A DNA stretch of 64,000 nucleotides from the human T2T-CHM13v2.0 reference genome, Homo sapiens. Location of the stretch: NCBI RefSeq assembly GCF_009914755.1, contig NC_060935.1; one strand, written 5' to 3'. The notes beneath the pieces were generated by a model that saw only the letters and a program-made list of their open reading frames with translations, had not been told where the DNA came from and made no database searches. This document shows, piece by piece, positions 16,051 through 33,862 of the stretch; the first letter of the stretch is position 1, and every line of letters begins with the position of its first letter. The position numbers and the translations under genes were made by a program.

Positions 16051-16465
16051 GTGGTGAGTTTCTAAACGTGTTACCACAGCTAGGAGATGCAGGGGAGGAA
16101 GCTGACCTGGTGACATAAACAAAATACAACATCCCCTATACTTTAAACAAACAAACAAACAAACAAACAAAAAACCCATAAGCAAAGTTGAAAGGAGATA
16201 AATTTGAAAAAAAAATCCACACATTTGTAACTTACGATTAATGAGTTAAAGTACCTATTATATTACTATAAATCTACAACACAGAAATCCAAACCCAAAA
16301 CCCAAACAGGCACAATCCAACTGACACTTTTTATGACAGGGAGTCATTGATGGTAAAAACCCATCAACTGTAAGGAAGAAGAAAGAAATTTGCAGTTGCA
16401 TGGTCAGGAGGGGGTGATAATAGATGATGGGTCCCCACTGTTTCCCTCCAATATGACTGCCCTGA

Positions 16466-17098
<633 letters not shown>

Positions 17099-17671
17099 AA
17101 GCATCAATGTCTTAACCCTGATTAGCCTAATTGGGCAGCTCCTCTTCTCTTCCAGCCAGTGACATCCAGCCTATAAGAATGCAGACCGGTGAACCACTGC
17201 CCAGTGATGGCTCCCCCAGTGCCCTTGTGAGACACTGCAGTGAGCCCCGTGTCTGCTCAGGGGGAGGCACGAGGGAGCAGACAGGGGCAGGAGGCTGGCC
17301 AACTACACAGAAACCAATACCATCACAGGGAAAGCCTTGCCGGGCCCTAGGTGCCATCATAAAACCTTTGCTTTCAAATGCACAAGACTCAGCATCCCTC
17401 CTGCCACACTCCCCACCACCCTGCACCGTTACCAGAGTCCCCAGGAGTCCCTCCTGACGGTACAGATACTGACCGGCCTGACCTGCCATATTGAGGACAT
17501 GCCCCAGAGCAGGTCTCTCCATGGACAGGAGCTCAGTCCGTGCCTCCTGGGTAAGATGCTGCATCCCAGTCTCACCTGGGACACGCTGCTCCTAGATCTC
17601 GGGGCCGGGCTCAGGTGTGAGAGTCAAACACCAGGGGCTCTGTCCAACAGCCAGCGAAATGGTGGGGCTGA

Positions 17672-18008
<337 letters not shown>

Positions 18009-19067
18009 TGATACTTGATAAGGGTTTTACACTTTTATTATCTCATTAGGCACCACAAAACCTTATAAGAGAAATGGGGCTTATTTCAGAGAACAGATAA
18101 AGGAAAAGCTACGCAGACAGCACAGGGTCTGCCACTCCCGGAACAAGGCAAGGCTGGAGCTGCTAACTTTGTATTGGAAGCGTTCACCAGGACCCTCCCT
18201 TCCCATCACCATCCGGGCTCACAGGGGGGCAGATTGAGCACCCACTTGCCCAGCAGAGATGCGCACTCTAAGCTTCCCTCCACCAAGCGGTCAGGAAATA
18301 GACAAAGCCAGATACAACTCTCCATGGCGGTCGACACTGCAGAGGGGAGTATGTGTGGGGGTTTCACAGTGGGCCACTATTTATATCTGCATGAATCAGC
18401 AGCCTTAAGCTGTTTCTGAAAGCTTAAGCAGTTCCTGTATGTTTAAGAAAGCAATGGTTAAATATATGCCCTATTTCATCAGCAACGTTATGGAATAAAT
18501 ATTTCAACGATACCCTGCTATGTTGACTCTGTGCTAAGAAAAAAACAAGCATTTTTATTAAAGATGACCCGCCAAAGTGAAGAAAGCCCTGTTAATTCTT
18601 GCAGATTAGGTGCCCAATAGGAGTAGGTATCACCTGGAAACCAAGCTGTGTAATAAGGAAACAGCATGTTCACAGAACATGTCTCTTCCAGTGCCTGGTG
18701 CCCCACCCCATGTGTCCATAATCAACACCAAGCAGACATGCACCTGTGCAAAAGTCAGATACTTAAAAACTGGTAGAAAAAACATATGAATCAAATCATT
18801 CCTATGGTAGAGCTTCATGCTTGTGTTAGGTTAAAATATAAAAGCAAATCCACTACAAATGACTGGTAGGAGCACCCTAGTGGGAAGAAAAGCCGGATTT
18901 GCACAGCGTGCCTACTGGATGTTACATGAACATGAACTTGAGAGGTGCTTGACCTCCCCTGCTTGCCTTGCCGTGTGCAGACAGCACTAACTTCTTATTG
19001 TCCAGGATGTGTAAAGAGATTATTCTCATGGTCTGCGGTGCTAACATCCTATAAACCTGCCACAAAT

Positions 19068-20130
19068 ACAAAATTAGCAATACTGAGCTGTTGCTCCTAG
19101 GAGAAACACAGTGTTAGGTTCCTGAGAGCCTCTGGTCACACCTTCATCAACCCATCAATACATAACCTAGTTTTATGTGTACTCTTGATTAAGGACACCT
19201 TATTTATACATATTGTTGACTCATTAACATTGTATCGGCTGGGTGTGGTGGCTCCCATCTGTAATCCACCAATTTGAAAGGTTGAGGCAGGTGGATTGCT
19301 TGAACCCAGGAGTTTGAGACCAGCCTGGGCAACATGGTGAAGCCCCCTCTCTACCAAAAGCACAAAAATTAGCTGGGTGTGGTGGTATGTGTCTGTAGTA
19401 ACAGCACTTTGGGAGGCCAAGGCTGGCAGATCCCTTGAGCTCAGGAGTTCGAGACCAGCCTGGGCAACAGAGTGAGACTCCATCTCTACAAAATACCAAA
19501 CAAAAATTAGCTGAACATGGTGATACGTGCCTGTAGTCCCAGCTATTTGGGAGGCTGAGGCGGGAGGATCACTTGAGCTCAGGAGGCAGGGGTGGGAAGG
19601 ACATGCTTGGCTCAGTAAGCCAAGATGGCGCCACCGCACTCTGGCCTGGGTGACAGAGCAAGACCCTGTTTCCAAAACAAAACAACCAAAACAAAAATGG
19701 TGCATTCACGGCCAATGGCACTATGACTCAGACATGAATGAAGTTTCTCTAAAGTGTGTTTTCTTCATGAGCACACCACAGCCTTCTCGCACTTGGGAAC
19801 CCCAGACAGCACTGCAGCACTACGATAGGGGCCATTCCATACAGCAAAACCACCAACAAACGGCACACAATTTCAAAAACCATAGCACTAAAGAGATGGC
19901 AAAAAGGACACTTGTTTAGGGTACAAGAGCTGAGACCAGAAGGCAGAGCGTGGCCCCATTCAGCCTCAGCTGGGCACCTGCGGGCTGGATGACTCAGACT
20001 CTCCACTGCTCTGTGTGGCTGTGAATAACTCTGAAGGCGCATGAGCTTTTATATTTCAGTGTTACAAATAAATTTTAGTGAGTAGGCAAAATCACAAATA
20101 TGGAATCTGTGGATAAGGAGGACGAACTGT
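19068..20130. mobile_element. TcMar-Tigger DNA transposon (MER6-like) interrupted by an Alu
   Basis: ttgctcctaggagaaacacagtgttaggttcctgagagcctctggtcac and ttacaaataaattttagtgagtaggc motifs. Confidence 0.7.
19236..19695 (+). mobile_element. Three-armed AluJ-like element
   Basis: Left arm, second left-type arm, right arm. Confidence 0.85.
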
Positions 20131-20896
20131 GCAGAAGTGTGAGGCGTCCATGGTCTGACCCACTCGAGCTGGAGGAGGCATCTGATCCTTACTTACCAAT
20201 AACCACTTGTCTCTCTTCTGCCTCCTGCTGGGTCCCTTTCCACCTGCTTAAAACAGGCAAAAGCCGGTGATCAGAATCTCTGCCGCACGACGTGGCAGGG
20301 AAAAAAAGAATACCAGGCAGGCACACATCATGTGCTTGCCAAGGCATCTCAATATGTTAATTTCTTTGTTTTAAAAAAATAAGGGCCTAGAGTAATAAGA
20401 AGTAGACTCCAATGCAACACACGGAGACAAAAGATTCTTTGTAGCTATTTTATAAACAATAATACTTCCCATAGTGTTAAAATAAATAAGAGTCCCTGAA
20501 CGCTGACTCTGAATTCCATTTAAATATTCATGAAGATTCTGAACTCGATCTCCAGAAAAGATTTCACAATAAAATATTCCGTTTATCCCATCTCTCTTGC
20601 TATGCTCCCAGGGTCATTTCACTGCCTGGTGTGACGGACTTGAGAGCCGTTGGAAGCACAGGAGACTCAGTTTGTTCTATGTGACCAGCGAATCTAGGCC
20701 AGGTTGGGACTGATGGGGCCCGACATGGGGAGAGGGCAGGCGAGTCAACACAAGGAAAAGAACCCCAGAGAGCAGCCATCTCCACAAGCAGTGAGTTCCC
20801 CATCTCTGCAGGGGTTCAAGCAAAGGCAGGCAAGATCTTAAGGAGATGGAAATTCCCATTAAGACACAGGCAGGGTCCTGGTGACCTTCAAGGCCA

Positions 20897-21386
20897 GTGA
20901 CAGTTCATTTTATGCATCACCTTGACTGAGTTCCAGGGTCCTCAGAGTAAACTGTTATTTCTGGGTCTATTTGGGAGGCTGTTCCTGGATATATCTGGGA
21001 GAATGTTCCTGGATCAGCATTTGAATCGGTAAACCCAGAAAAGCAGATGCCCTCCCCAAAGTGGGTGGGCCCCATCCAATCCGTTGAGGGTCTGAATAGA
21101 ACAAAGGGAAGAGGAAGGGGGCATTAGCTCTCCCCAGCTGACTGCTGGAGCTGAACACAAATCGTTTTCTGCCCTTGTCCTGGCATTTACACCACCAGCT
21201 TTCCCAGGTCTTTGGTTTGCAGATGGCAGATTGTGGGACTTCTCAGCCTCCGTAATCACATGCGCCAATTCCTTATAATAAATCTCTCCTCATTCTCTTT
21301 CTATATATATGTATATATTTATATATGTACACATATATACATGTATCTTATTGGTTCCATTTTTCTAGAGAACCCTGGCTAATACA
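20897..21386 (+). mobile_element. ERVL solo LTR (MLT2-like)
   Basis: ttgcagatggcagattgtgggacttctcagcctccgtaatc...gagaaccctggctaataca. Confidence 0.8.
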
Positions 21387-22599
21387 AGGCCTGTCGACAC
21401 CACAAACTGCATGCCCTGAAACCCAGAGGGAAAAGGGCATTGTCGCCGATACCTGTTCCCGTCGATGGAGACCCCAGCCATGGAGCTGCCCCCTCCACCA
21501 TGCATTCCAAAGGTGTCTAGAAGGGAAAGAAAGGCTTGTATGCTTGAAGGGGGAAAACTGGAAGGCAGAGATCTGAGACAGCTGGTCAACTTGCTACAAA
21601 GCCTTATTCAGGGCAGAACAGGCTCTTGTGGCGCACCTGGCATGGATCAAGGGCTGCCCAGGACAGTCCTAAGATGCATTTTTTGACATGAGAAACAGAG
21701 CATGGTTGCCAGAACAACCTCACCCCCAGAAGATGCAGCAAAGGGTTTACTGCTTGCTTTTATGTGGAACACGAGATGGGATCACAGGGCCTCAGAATGG
21801 AGGAAAAGCCTGTGGTAACAGAAAAAGGCATTTGTTTCAAAGCAGATCCCTGGGGGGGAAGAGGAAGACTGGGTGGGGGCATAGGAGGTGGTCCCCTGGA
21901 GGAAGAACCAGCCCCTCCAATGGGATCCATGGGGCAGAATTAGGACCAAGGGAGAAAAACTTGCAAGCCGGCCAAGATATGAGCACTGATAAAGGTGCCT
22001 AGGGCTGGAAGTTAGGAGCCCACCTACGACCGTGAACCTGGACAGGTGGTAGAGCTGCCTTCAAACCCCCACACCAAAAGCCTACACCAGAGGAGAGAGG
22101 CAGGAAGATGCACACACTGAAGAACGGTAGGGGGTGACCTGAAAGTGACTCCCCATCTCTCCTGGGAGGGTGGGGCTGGCAGAGTCAGGAAGCAGACAAA
22201 TGGTAATGCAGACCCTGGGGGAGTGCAGACCTGTGGAGGTGCACACGTGTCTTGTGGAGAGAGAAGCTGGGAGGGCACTACTTTTTCAGCAAAAGAAGCA
22301 ACACCACCCACAGGACAGGGAGAACAATGCGCCCAAGGGCTCGTCACTTCCTTACTCTCTAGTGTGACTTCCAGAACTTGTACCTGAGGTTGCCATCTGT
22401 TAGTGGTGTGTGTATCATAAGGAAGCCTCTGCTTTTGCAGAAATATCTGAGGGGTAGAATGGAGAGACAGGATGCCGAGGTTTAAATGTGGCTCTGCCCC
22501 GAGGCACTTACTACTCAACCTCGGTCTGGGCAATTTCCTCATCTGTAAAATGGGACGTGCCTCAAAGAGCTGCTGGGAAGATTCAGTGACTTGCACGTG

Positions 22600-23075
22600 A
22601 GTGTCAGTTCCCTGTTGCTGCTGTAACAAATGATGCAATGTGAATGTATGCTCTTACTGTTCTGGAGGTCAGAATCCTGAAATAAAGGTGTGCTGTCAGC
22701 AGGGCAGCATTCCTCCTGGAGGCAGTAAGGAAGAATCCATTTCCTCCCCTCTGCCAGGTTCTAGAGGCCATCTGCATTTTTGGGCTCATGGCTCCTCCTC
22801 CATCTTCAAGACCAGCATGGCAGCATCTTCAAATCTCTCTCCGACCTCCGTGCCTGTTGTCACATGACTGCTGACTCTGACCCTCTGCCTTCCTCTTATA
22901 AGGACCCTTGTGATAACATGGGCCTGACTCAGATAGTCCAAAACTATCTCCCCAACTCAAGATCTCAAACTTCATCACATCTGCAAAGTCCCTTTTGCCA
23001 TGTAAAGTAACATGTGCACAGGTTTGGGGGATTAGGATGCAGACATGTTTGGGGGGACATTCTTTTAGCAACTGC
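22600..23075 (-). mobile_element. MaLR solo LTR (MLT1-like), preceded by a MIR fragment
   Basis: ttgctgctgtaacaaat...ttctggaggtcagaa...tttgccatgtaaagtaac. Confidence 0.8.
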
Positions 23076-23169
23076 AATATTGAAAGCTGTCAGATCCTGG
23101 GTGACTACAGAAACGTGAGCTTTAAGTGCCACAGACCGTCACTGAAATGACAGTGGTGAGTAGGATGCT

Positions 23170-23390
23170 GATGAGGATACACATCTGGTGTGAGCAAGCC
23201 CTGCAGAAAGCCAGAGAGTAAACACCTTCAGCTTTGAGGACCACACGGTCTCTGTCACAGCTCCTCAACTCTGCCCTCCTAGCACAGCAGCAAACACAGG
23301 TAACATTTCAATGAACAGACATGACTATGCTCCAGAAAATTTTTATTTACAAAGATAAGGCTACGGGCCAAGTGCAGGACCTACTGTGTA
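23170..23390. mobile_element. MER58-like hAT element
   Basis: acggtctctgtcacagctcctcaactctgcc motif. Confidence 0.6.
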
Positions 23391-23904
23391 AACCTCAATG
23401 CAGAATATTTTCTTGGTTCCAATCATTCAATCTCTCCCTGGATGAGGATCAGAAAGTCCTGCCTTCTGCTTCCCTGTGGAAGGAAGCATGTCCTTCCCAC
23501 ACCACAGACGTCATGCTCTGCCGGTGCTCTGCTCCCTCTGCCCAGAGAACCACAATGTCTCCTTTTGTCTGGATCCTGGGACACAGAAGAAACTGGGGCA
23601 AATTGATAGTCAACCTTTAGACGCAGTTACCAGATGGCTTGAAGCCACTGGGAATGTGGGGATGTTTGTTATGAGGCATAACTGGGTCCAAGCTGACTGA
23701 TGCAAATACAAAGTGTTAGTTATTAATATTGTATTTATTGTTTTAATGCTATTCCAGCACCTTCTCTGTTATCTCACCTGGCCAATGTGAGCTGCTGAAC
23801 CTAAGCCACTCTCAAGTCACTGCCACATCTGGGTAGAGGTCATTGGTCTCAGAGGTTGATCTTGCAAACATAAATGCCTTTTCTCTTGTTTTTATTTCTT
23901 TGTC

Positions 23905-24210
<306 letters not shown>

Positions 24211-24244
24211 CACAAATGCATTTTCTGGGTACGGCTACAGAAGC

Positions 24245-24640
24245 CATCAATGGATAAATGGATGCACAAAATTCAGCCATGAAAGGGAATGAAGCCCCAA
24301 CACACGCTAACACATGGATGAGACTTGACCACACCATGCTCAGTGAAAGCAGCCAGACACACACAGCCACATGTTACATGATTCCATTCACATGACATGT
24401 CCAGAATAGGCAAATCCATAGTGACAGAAAGTAGACTCGTGGTGCCAGGGGCTGCAGGGAGGGAGGTTAAGGGGAGGCTAGTGATAGGGTTTCTTTTTGA
24501 GGTGATGAAAATGTTCTAAAATTGACTATGGTGATAGTTGCACAACTGTGAATATACCAGAAACCCCTGGACTATACACGTTAGACGGGTAAATTGTATG
24601 ATCTGTGAATTACATCTCAATAAAGCAGTCTTTTAAAAGA
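24245..24640 (+). mobile_element. L1M 3' end
   Basis: gtgatgaaaatgttctaaaattgac...tacatctcaataaagc. Confidence 0.8.
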
Positions 24641-26029
24641 ATAGCACAAAGCACTGGGAAACCAGCACCAGAGATGTCTGTCTACCCCTCCGAACAGCCC
24701 TCAGAAGGTGGCAGCGCTGGGACACCCTTGACCACAAGTCAGAGCTGCTGGCGTGGCCACGGCAAGTCAGGAAAGGGAAACCGAAGAGGCTATAGAATCA
24801 CCCGTCCTTGTGTTCTCCTTCCTGGTGGCGGCACTGTCCACCGGTCACCAGGGCCAGCCCTTCGTAGGTCATCTCTAAGCCCTCACCCGCCCCTCTGAAA
24901 GGGGCAAGAGAAGGTGTCTGGATGCCAAGGACACAGCTATAATTAGAGACCACTTAGTGGCACACAGGGCAACAGCAAGGTGCTGGCGCCAAGCGTCTAT
25001 CACAGCAATGAGGTCTCACATCTAGAAAGCCACTGCCTGCTGCTGAAGGGCCAATCTCTTCTGAGCAGATACCCTCTCAACGACGCTTATTATTTTTCCA
25101 AAGTGAAAATCATACTAATGTTTTTTATAAAGAAAGAAAAACATCATCCATCTTCAAGCCTGTAGAAATCCTAGCAATTCGAAATTAGCATAACAAATAT
25201 TTTTTTAAGAAACACTGAAAGAGCCTCTACGTGCAGTATTTATTACCAATTTCCATAAGCCCACTCTAAACTTCTTAGAATTACCATAATCTCTATGATA
25301 CGGTATCTTCCATCGGAAATGAGTGGAAATGTCTTTTTCAAGCTGAAACTGTGATGTTCTGGGAAGAAAAGAAAACATTTTGTAGACATCTGGTTCTGGA
25401 CAAAAGTGTTGCTTCTGCCTTAGCCATGGAAATCCACCCCTTGGGGAAATCTGAACAGCCGAAACAAAGTTCCGTGGAGGAAACAAAGGCAGTGTCTCTG
25501 ATAACAGCCACGGGAAATATTAATTTCCAGATGCACTCATTTTTATCTTAAAATCTTGTCCTATATAAAGCAAGCCCTCATCTTAGACACTCCGGGAGCT
25601 AGAAGGAATAAGGGGTCTTCAGACCCCCTCCGCAGCAGAAGCAGCAGGACTCTGCTGGGTCCGCGCACGTGCGGCCCCGCTAAGGGAAGCAGATGCATGG
25701 AAACTGTCCAGACCAGAGGCAGATCCATGCCCCTAAGACTTCAGACCAATTCCCAGGAAACTACCTCTGTTTACAAAGATTAAAGCCAATTTCCAAGTCA
25801 GGCATCTGGGCCACACCTTCCCATTGTGTGAGTAGAGATCCACCCTCAAGCATTCAATCTTCTGCACACACTGACCAAAGCAAATGCCAGGGTACCTTAG
25901 AAGTGGCCAGGCCTCAGAGACCCCATGTGGGGACCACCTGGCGGGGCAGGGGCTCTCCTAACTACACCCCCTGCCTAGGCTCATGCCTTCCATACAATAT
26001 TGTCCTGGTGGTTGCCACAGAAAACAGAA

Positions 26030-26790
26030 ACTATTGAAAAGCACAGCATACCACTTCACGTGAATTAGCATGGCTACTACATAGAAAAAAAAAGGAAAAA
26101 GAAAATTACAAGTGCTGGTGAGAATGTGGAGAGACTGGAACTCTTGCACACTGTGGCTGGGAATGTAAAATGATGCAGCTCCTATGGAAAACAGTACAGC
26201 CGTTCCTGGAAAAATCAGAAATAGAATTCCTATATGACCCAGTAATTTCACTTCTGGGTCTATACCCAAAAGAATTCAACCCAGAGACTCCAACAGGTAT
26301 TTGCACACTCATGTCCACAGCAGCATGATTCACACTAGCCAGAAGGCGGGAGCAGCTCAGTGTCCACCGGCAGATAAATGGATGAACAAAGTGTGGTGCA
26401 TCCATGCAGGTGGAATATTATTCGGCCAAGAAAAAGCAACGAGATTCTGACACAGGCTACAACATGGAGGAACCTTGAGGACACTGTACTGAGTGAAATA
26501 AACCAGTCACAAAAAGATGAATACTGTAGGATTAAACTTAAATGAGCTCCCTAAAGTTCTGAGATTCATAGAGATGGAAAGTAGAATGATAGTTACCAGA
26601 GGCTGGGGGAGGAGGGAACAAAGAGTTGGTGTTTAATGGGGACAGAGTTTCAGTTTGGGAAAATGACAAAATTCTGGTAGTCATGGCTACACCACCCCAT
26701 GAATGCACTTAATGCCACTGAAGGGCATGCTGAGAAATGATCAAAATTGATAAATTTTAGGTTATGTGTATTTGACTACAGTTGAGAAAA
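26030..26790 (+). mobile_element. L1MB-type 3' end
   Basis: tatgacccagtaatttcacttctggg, gttaccagaggctggggg. Confidence 0.85.
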
Positions 26791-26803
26791 ATATGAATTT
26801 CTA

Positions 26804-27520
<717 letters not shown>

Positions 27521-28269
27521 CAGTGCCCACTGCACATTAAAACCAGGTAGTCACTTCCTGCCGCACACTCAGGTTCCTCACCCCAGGTAATGGAGGCCCG
27601 TGCAGCCGGCCGGCCTCCCTCCTGCTTCTCAGGCCGCCTCTGCTTCCTAAACAGCCCAGCCCCGCCCAGGGTGCAGCCTCAAACACAGGGGCTCTGCCTG
27701 GGAAGCAGTCCTTGGCTGTCCCCACCCTGCTACAGGGTAAGCTCCTTGGCTTTCCGAGGCCAGATGAGATGATGCTCCCCAGGAAGGCCACTGGGTCTCA
27801 GACTAAGTCACCCCCAGATAGCCTCTCCTGGCATTCTTTGCAATTGTCAGACCAAATTCCATCAAATCAAAGCCACCATCAATTAAGGAGGCTCCTTATT
27901 TTATGTCCCAATGATAAGAGAAAATGCTGCTGCTGAATATTTCAAATACTATTGATTATGATATAGAAGAGGCGAATGGGAACCCCTTAGGCTGACATGC
28001 CACGTGTGGGTAAATCACGAGTGGCGTGATTTTCCTCCCAGAGACCAGTGTGGCCGTTCAAAGAGGAGGACCTCCTTGCTGGGGAATGTCCTGTCCCCAG
28101 GTTTTCAATAAATGGGAGTTGAACTGCCTGCATTTTGCCGGGGACCGCGATGCAAACCAAAGCGACGCAGCAGCCGTGTGGAAGCATTCACGGAGAGAAG
28201 GGACGGGGCAGGTCTGGAGCTAGCCGCCCTGCTTCCTCTCTCCACGGGTAAACGGCCGTGCCTATGACA

Positions 28270-28620
28270 GGAGCCCTCCTTACCTGCGGTTTCAGTTACC
28301 TGCAGTCCAATGCAATCCGAAAATATGAAACAAAAAAAAATTCCAGAAATAAACAATTCACCTGTTTTCAATTGTGTGCCATTCTGGGCAATGTGATGAA
28401 ATCTTGCCTCCTGTTGCTCCGTCCTGCCCAGGATGTGAATCATCCCTTTGTCCAGCGTGTCCGTGCTGTCTAGGCCACCCACCCATTTGTCACTCAGGAG
28501 CTCTCTCAGTTCTCAGATGAAAAACACAGCCCATACATGTAGGGGTCTGTACTAGCCTCCATTTCTGGCATCCACCCAGGTCCTGAAACACAGCCCACAC
28601 AGGTAAGAGGGGTCTGCTAC
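28270..28620. mobile_element. MER44-like Tigger element
   Basis: ttccagaaataaacaattca...gtgatgaaatcttgcc...gtgaatcatccctttgtccagcgt. Confidence 0.7.
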
Positions 28621-29474
28621 AGTCTCATTTTGCAGATTGAAGAACCGAGTCCTCAGTTTGTAATTAGCCCCTATTACGTGGTTAGCCAGGAGTGAAAGGG
28701 AGAGTGACAGCCAAGCAGACGGGTTCAAGGACACCTCTGAACCACCTGGAATCCATCTCAGGAGGTCACTCCCCCTGGGTCATGCTGAACTTTCCAACAG
28801 CCTAAAACCTAAAACCACAACCGAGTCTATTCTGGCCTGGACATGAGGTCTTTTCTGAAACTGGGATGCTAACCTGTTATTTATTTATTTAATCAGCAAA
28901 CACATCTACCATGTGCCGGGCCCCGAGTGGGACAGCTGCCTTGAATGAAGACATGAAAAAAACAGACTCTGTCCTAACTAGACACTTTCCAAGATCTGAA
29001 AGGCCTACTCCAAGAGACAGCAACTTGGGAATGTTTTAAAACTCCATGTTCTGAAAAGCATAGCGACTCTTTGCCCTGAGTTCCTCGTCATGTGAGCGGG
29101 CCTCTTACACCGCCCCCGCAAAGGTGAACCATTCCAGGTTAAGCAGGGATTTGGACGTGCCCATCATGAACAGCCTTGGGTTCACACCCGCCAAGGACCA
29201 TCTCTTTCCCCTACCTGTCCCTGCTGCACCGGCTGAAGTGAGCACCATTCCTGGAGGCCTGCGGCTGAGGTCTCACACGGATTGAAATCAATTTGGCCAC
29301 ATTAATGTCTCAGCTGACTGAGATTTCTCTTTCTCAAGTAAACACCATTCCTTAAATGCCAGCTCTGTGGAGCTTATTCTCAAAATGTTCAGAAAAAGGA
29401 AAAACCCATGAAGAAGAATCATAGCACTAAAACCAATGCGAGAGTTTTCAGATACCTTTAAAGCAACAGGCGAG

Positions 29475-30132
<658 letters not shown>

Positions 30133-31799
30133 TCAGCCAGCACTGGGTTTCCAGTTCCAAGTAACCTTCATTTCTCCTTGGTACTGACTCTTCCACCTTC
30201 CTTTCCCTCCCTGAGATGTCTTGATTGGCCTGACCTTTTTTGAAATGTCACTGTTAGCTGTCGCTTTTAAGTTGGAAGACCGAGATTTGTAGCATCAGTC
30301 ACATACTTCTGCCCTGACAAACCCCAGTCCTCTGCGTGGAGTCAGAACATGTCACTTACCAGCCCTGTACAAGCTAAGACGCTGTGCAGGGACCTCTGGG
30401 TTCCTCAGGATCGATAGAGCCTGTGTCTAGAAGAGTTTAAGAGTCACCAAACACTAGATGCACAGATGCTCTCAAAGCTCAAAGGAGATGGAAGAAAACA
30501 TCCCTTGGGGAGAACAAGTGACGGGAGCACAGAAATCTTTTGAAACTCCCCAAGTCATGTGGTAACAGGGACGTGTCCAAAACAAAAGCCCCAAATGCCT
30601 TCAGTGATCACTGCTGCCTGCCTGATGGAGGCTCCCCAGGACCTCGCTTCCCTGAGAGCCCGGTGAGGCCCCTCCTATGTGACCTTCGGATGATGGACAA
30701 GTGACATCGTCAGCCCCCTGGGGTCTCCCAGATCCTACAACTTCCTGAGGACATTTACCTTCATCAATTGGTGGCCAATGCACCTGGAGTACCCAGAGGG
30801 CCTGGCCTTGGCAAGTGTGCAAAAGATGGGGGTGGCCACCATTGGATCATGTGCATTCTGCTATCAAAGATCACGGTCACAGTGGCTACTCCCATCTTTT
30901 GAGTACTTTATAGTGTGTGTGCGTGCATCTTTTTTTTTTTTCTTGAGGGGCAATAGAACATTTTTTAAAAGGCAAAGCTTGGAGAAAAAAGGTCTAGGTC
31001 AAGTCCTGGTGTTGTCCCTGTTTACTCAGGAACCGCTTATTGTTGAGGAACACAAATCCACTCAGATGGGCTCAGTCCCAGAGGCAGAATCTCACAAAAA
31101 CCTAGTGCAGGGTGTGTGACCTCTCAGAAGCCAGAGGGCCTTTGGGGCCTCTCTCTTCATTTGCATGTGTGTGTGGATGCCTGTGTGCATGCCTGTGTGT
31201 GTGTGTGCATGTGTGAGCGTGATCTATCTTATTCTCTCCAGTTCTATATCACCTTCTCACTTTATTTTTTTCTGGCATGTCCTTCTCCAGCTTCTGCCTC
31301 CCTAGGAGCAGAGGGCTCTTCATAATTACAGCAGGAATGAGTCTCTGCCCCAATCCCAGTTTCCCCAAGGACAAATCCGATTGGCTCAAAATTAGCCAAT
31401 TGGCTAGGGACAGAGTGGGGTGAAGGTCGGAACGGAACCCAGAGAGGGTTTTCAGGTGGGACCAGCATCACTGTATGTGTGGGTGTGGTGGAGGGGGGTG
31501 TCCTGGGCACAACTTTAACCCCTTTGAGCCTAGAGGAGATGTGCTGAGGATAAAATAACACAGAAGGAGCAAACGAAGGTAGAACCACTTCATGAATGTG
31601 ATCCACTTAGTTAATACTCTGGAATATTGTTGAATACAGGATTCCCTCCCCAACAAGGAAAGGCATGTTCCTGAAAACTTACATGCAGCTCTACTCAAGG
31701 GATTACTGAAACAAAAGACGGGAGGCACAGAGGCTATCAGGGGACTTATAAAAATACATATATGTGTCATTTTGCTCACTAAGATTTAGCCAAAGAAAC

Positions 31800-32340
31800 A
31801 GTATTTACTCACAGCCACCTGTACGGGTCAATCCTGAGGAATGTGCTGAGCACAGGCAGTCCCTGCCCTTTGGAAACGCGGCTTCTAGTCGAGGAGATGA
31901 TAAAGAGCCCAGAAGGCAATGGGCAGCCAGCCAAGGACAGGGAGAGGGAAGCCCAGGAGCTGAGGAGGAGGAGGAGAGTTCCAGGCAGAGGAACAGCATA
32001 TGCAAAATGCCAGAGGTCAGAGTCAGGCTAGTGGACTCCAGTTCCACACACCTAGAGCATGGAATGCAGTGAGCACGGCAGAGAAGGGAGGTGACGTGAT
32101 AACCGCCACACTCAGAGGGCCCTTCTTAGCGGGGCAGCTGCAGGGAGTGACACGACCCCATGTGTAATCTAGAAAGGTGAGGAGAGGGTCTGGGCCACCA
32201 GCAGTGGGAGAGAAGCTGGTGGCTAATCCAGGAGAGACACTAGGGCGCCGGAACTATGGGTGGCAGCAGGGACAGAGGGAGGCAGACAGGCTGGAAAGAC
32301 CTTCCAAAGGGAGATGACAGACCCTAAGGGAACCCGGGGT
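31800..32340. mobile_element. L2 remnant
   Basis: gttccaggcagaggaacagcatatgcaaa motif. Confidence 0.55.
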
Positions 32341-32354
32341 GACTTTCTTTCTCA

Positions 32355-32779
<425 letters not shown>

Positions 32780-33084
32780 CTAGCAAGGTGCTCCATGTCT
32801 GGGGCAGCCTGCTCACCAAGGCCTCTCCTGAGCTTCGTTCTCCATCCAACAGCTCAACAACTTTGGGATTTGCTGACCTGGGCCCTCCTGGTCCACCCTG
32901 GTCCTACAGAACTTCTCACACCTCATTCCCTTCCCCATGATGGACCAAGAAAGGCCCCGTCCTACCCGCAGCCCTCCCCGCTGCGTGGCTCCTCTCTTTA
33001 GAGGTAGGCAGAACAACGGCCTAGAAGAGATCAAGTCCCAATCCCTGGAGCCCATAAATAAGTGAACTTTGTCTTCATAGATGT

Positions 33085-33862
<778 letters not shown>

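Noticed and set aside
24701-24715. CTCF-like tcagaaggtggcagc
   Set aside because: Two mismatches to the core; such matches are expected by chance in 64 kb
30759-30783. 25-nt candidate exon (ccag|GTG...AAG|gtaaat)
   Set aside because: Poor polypyrimidine tract
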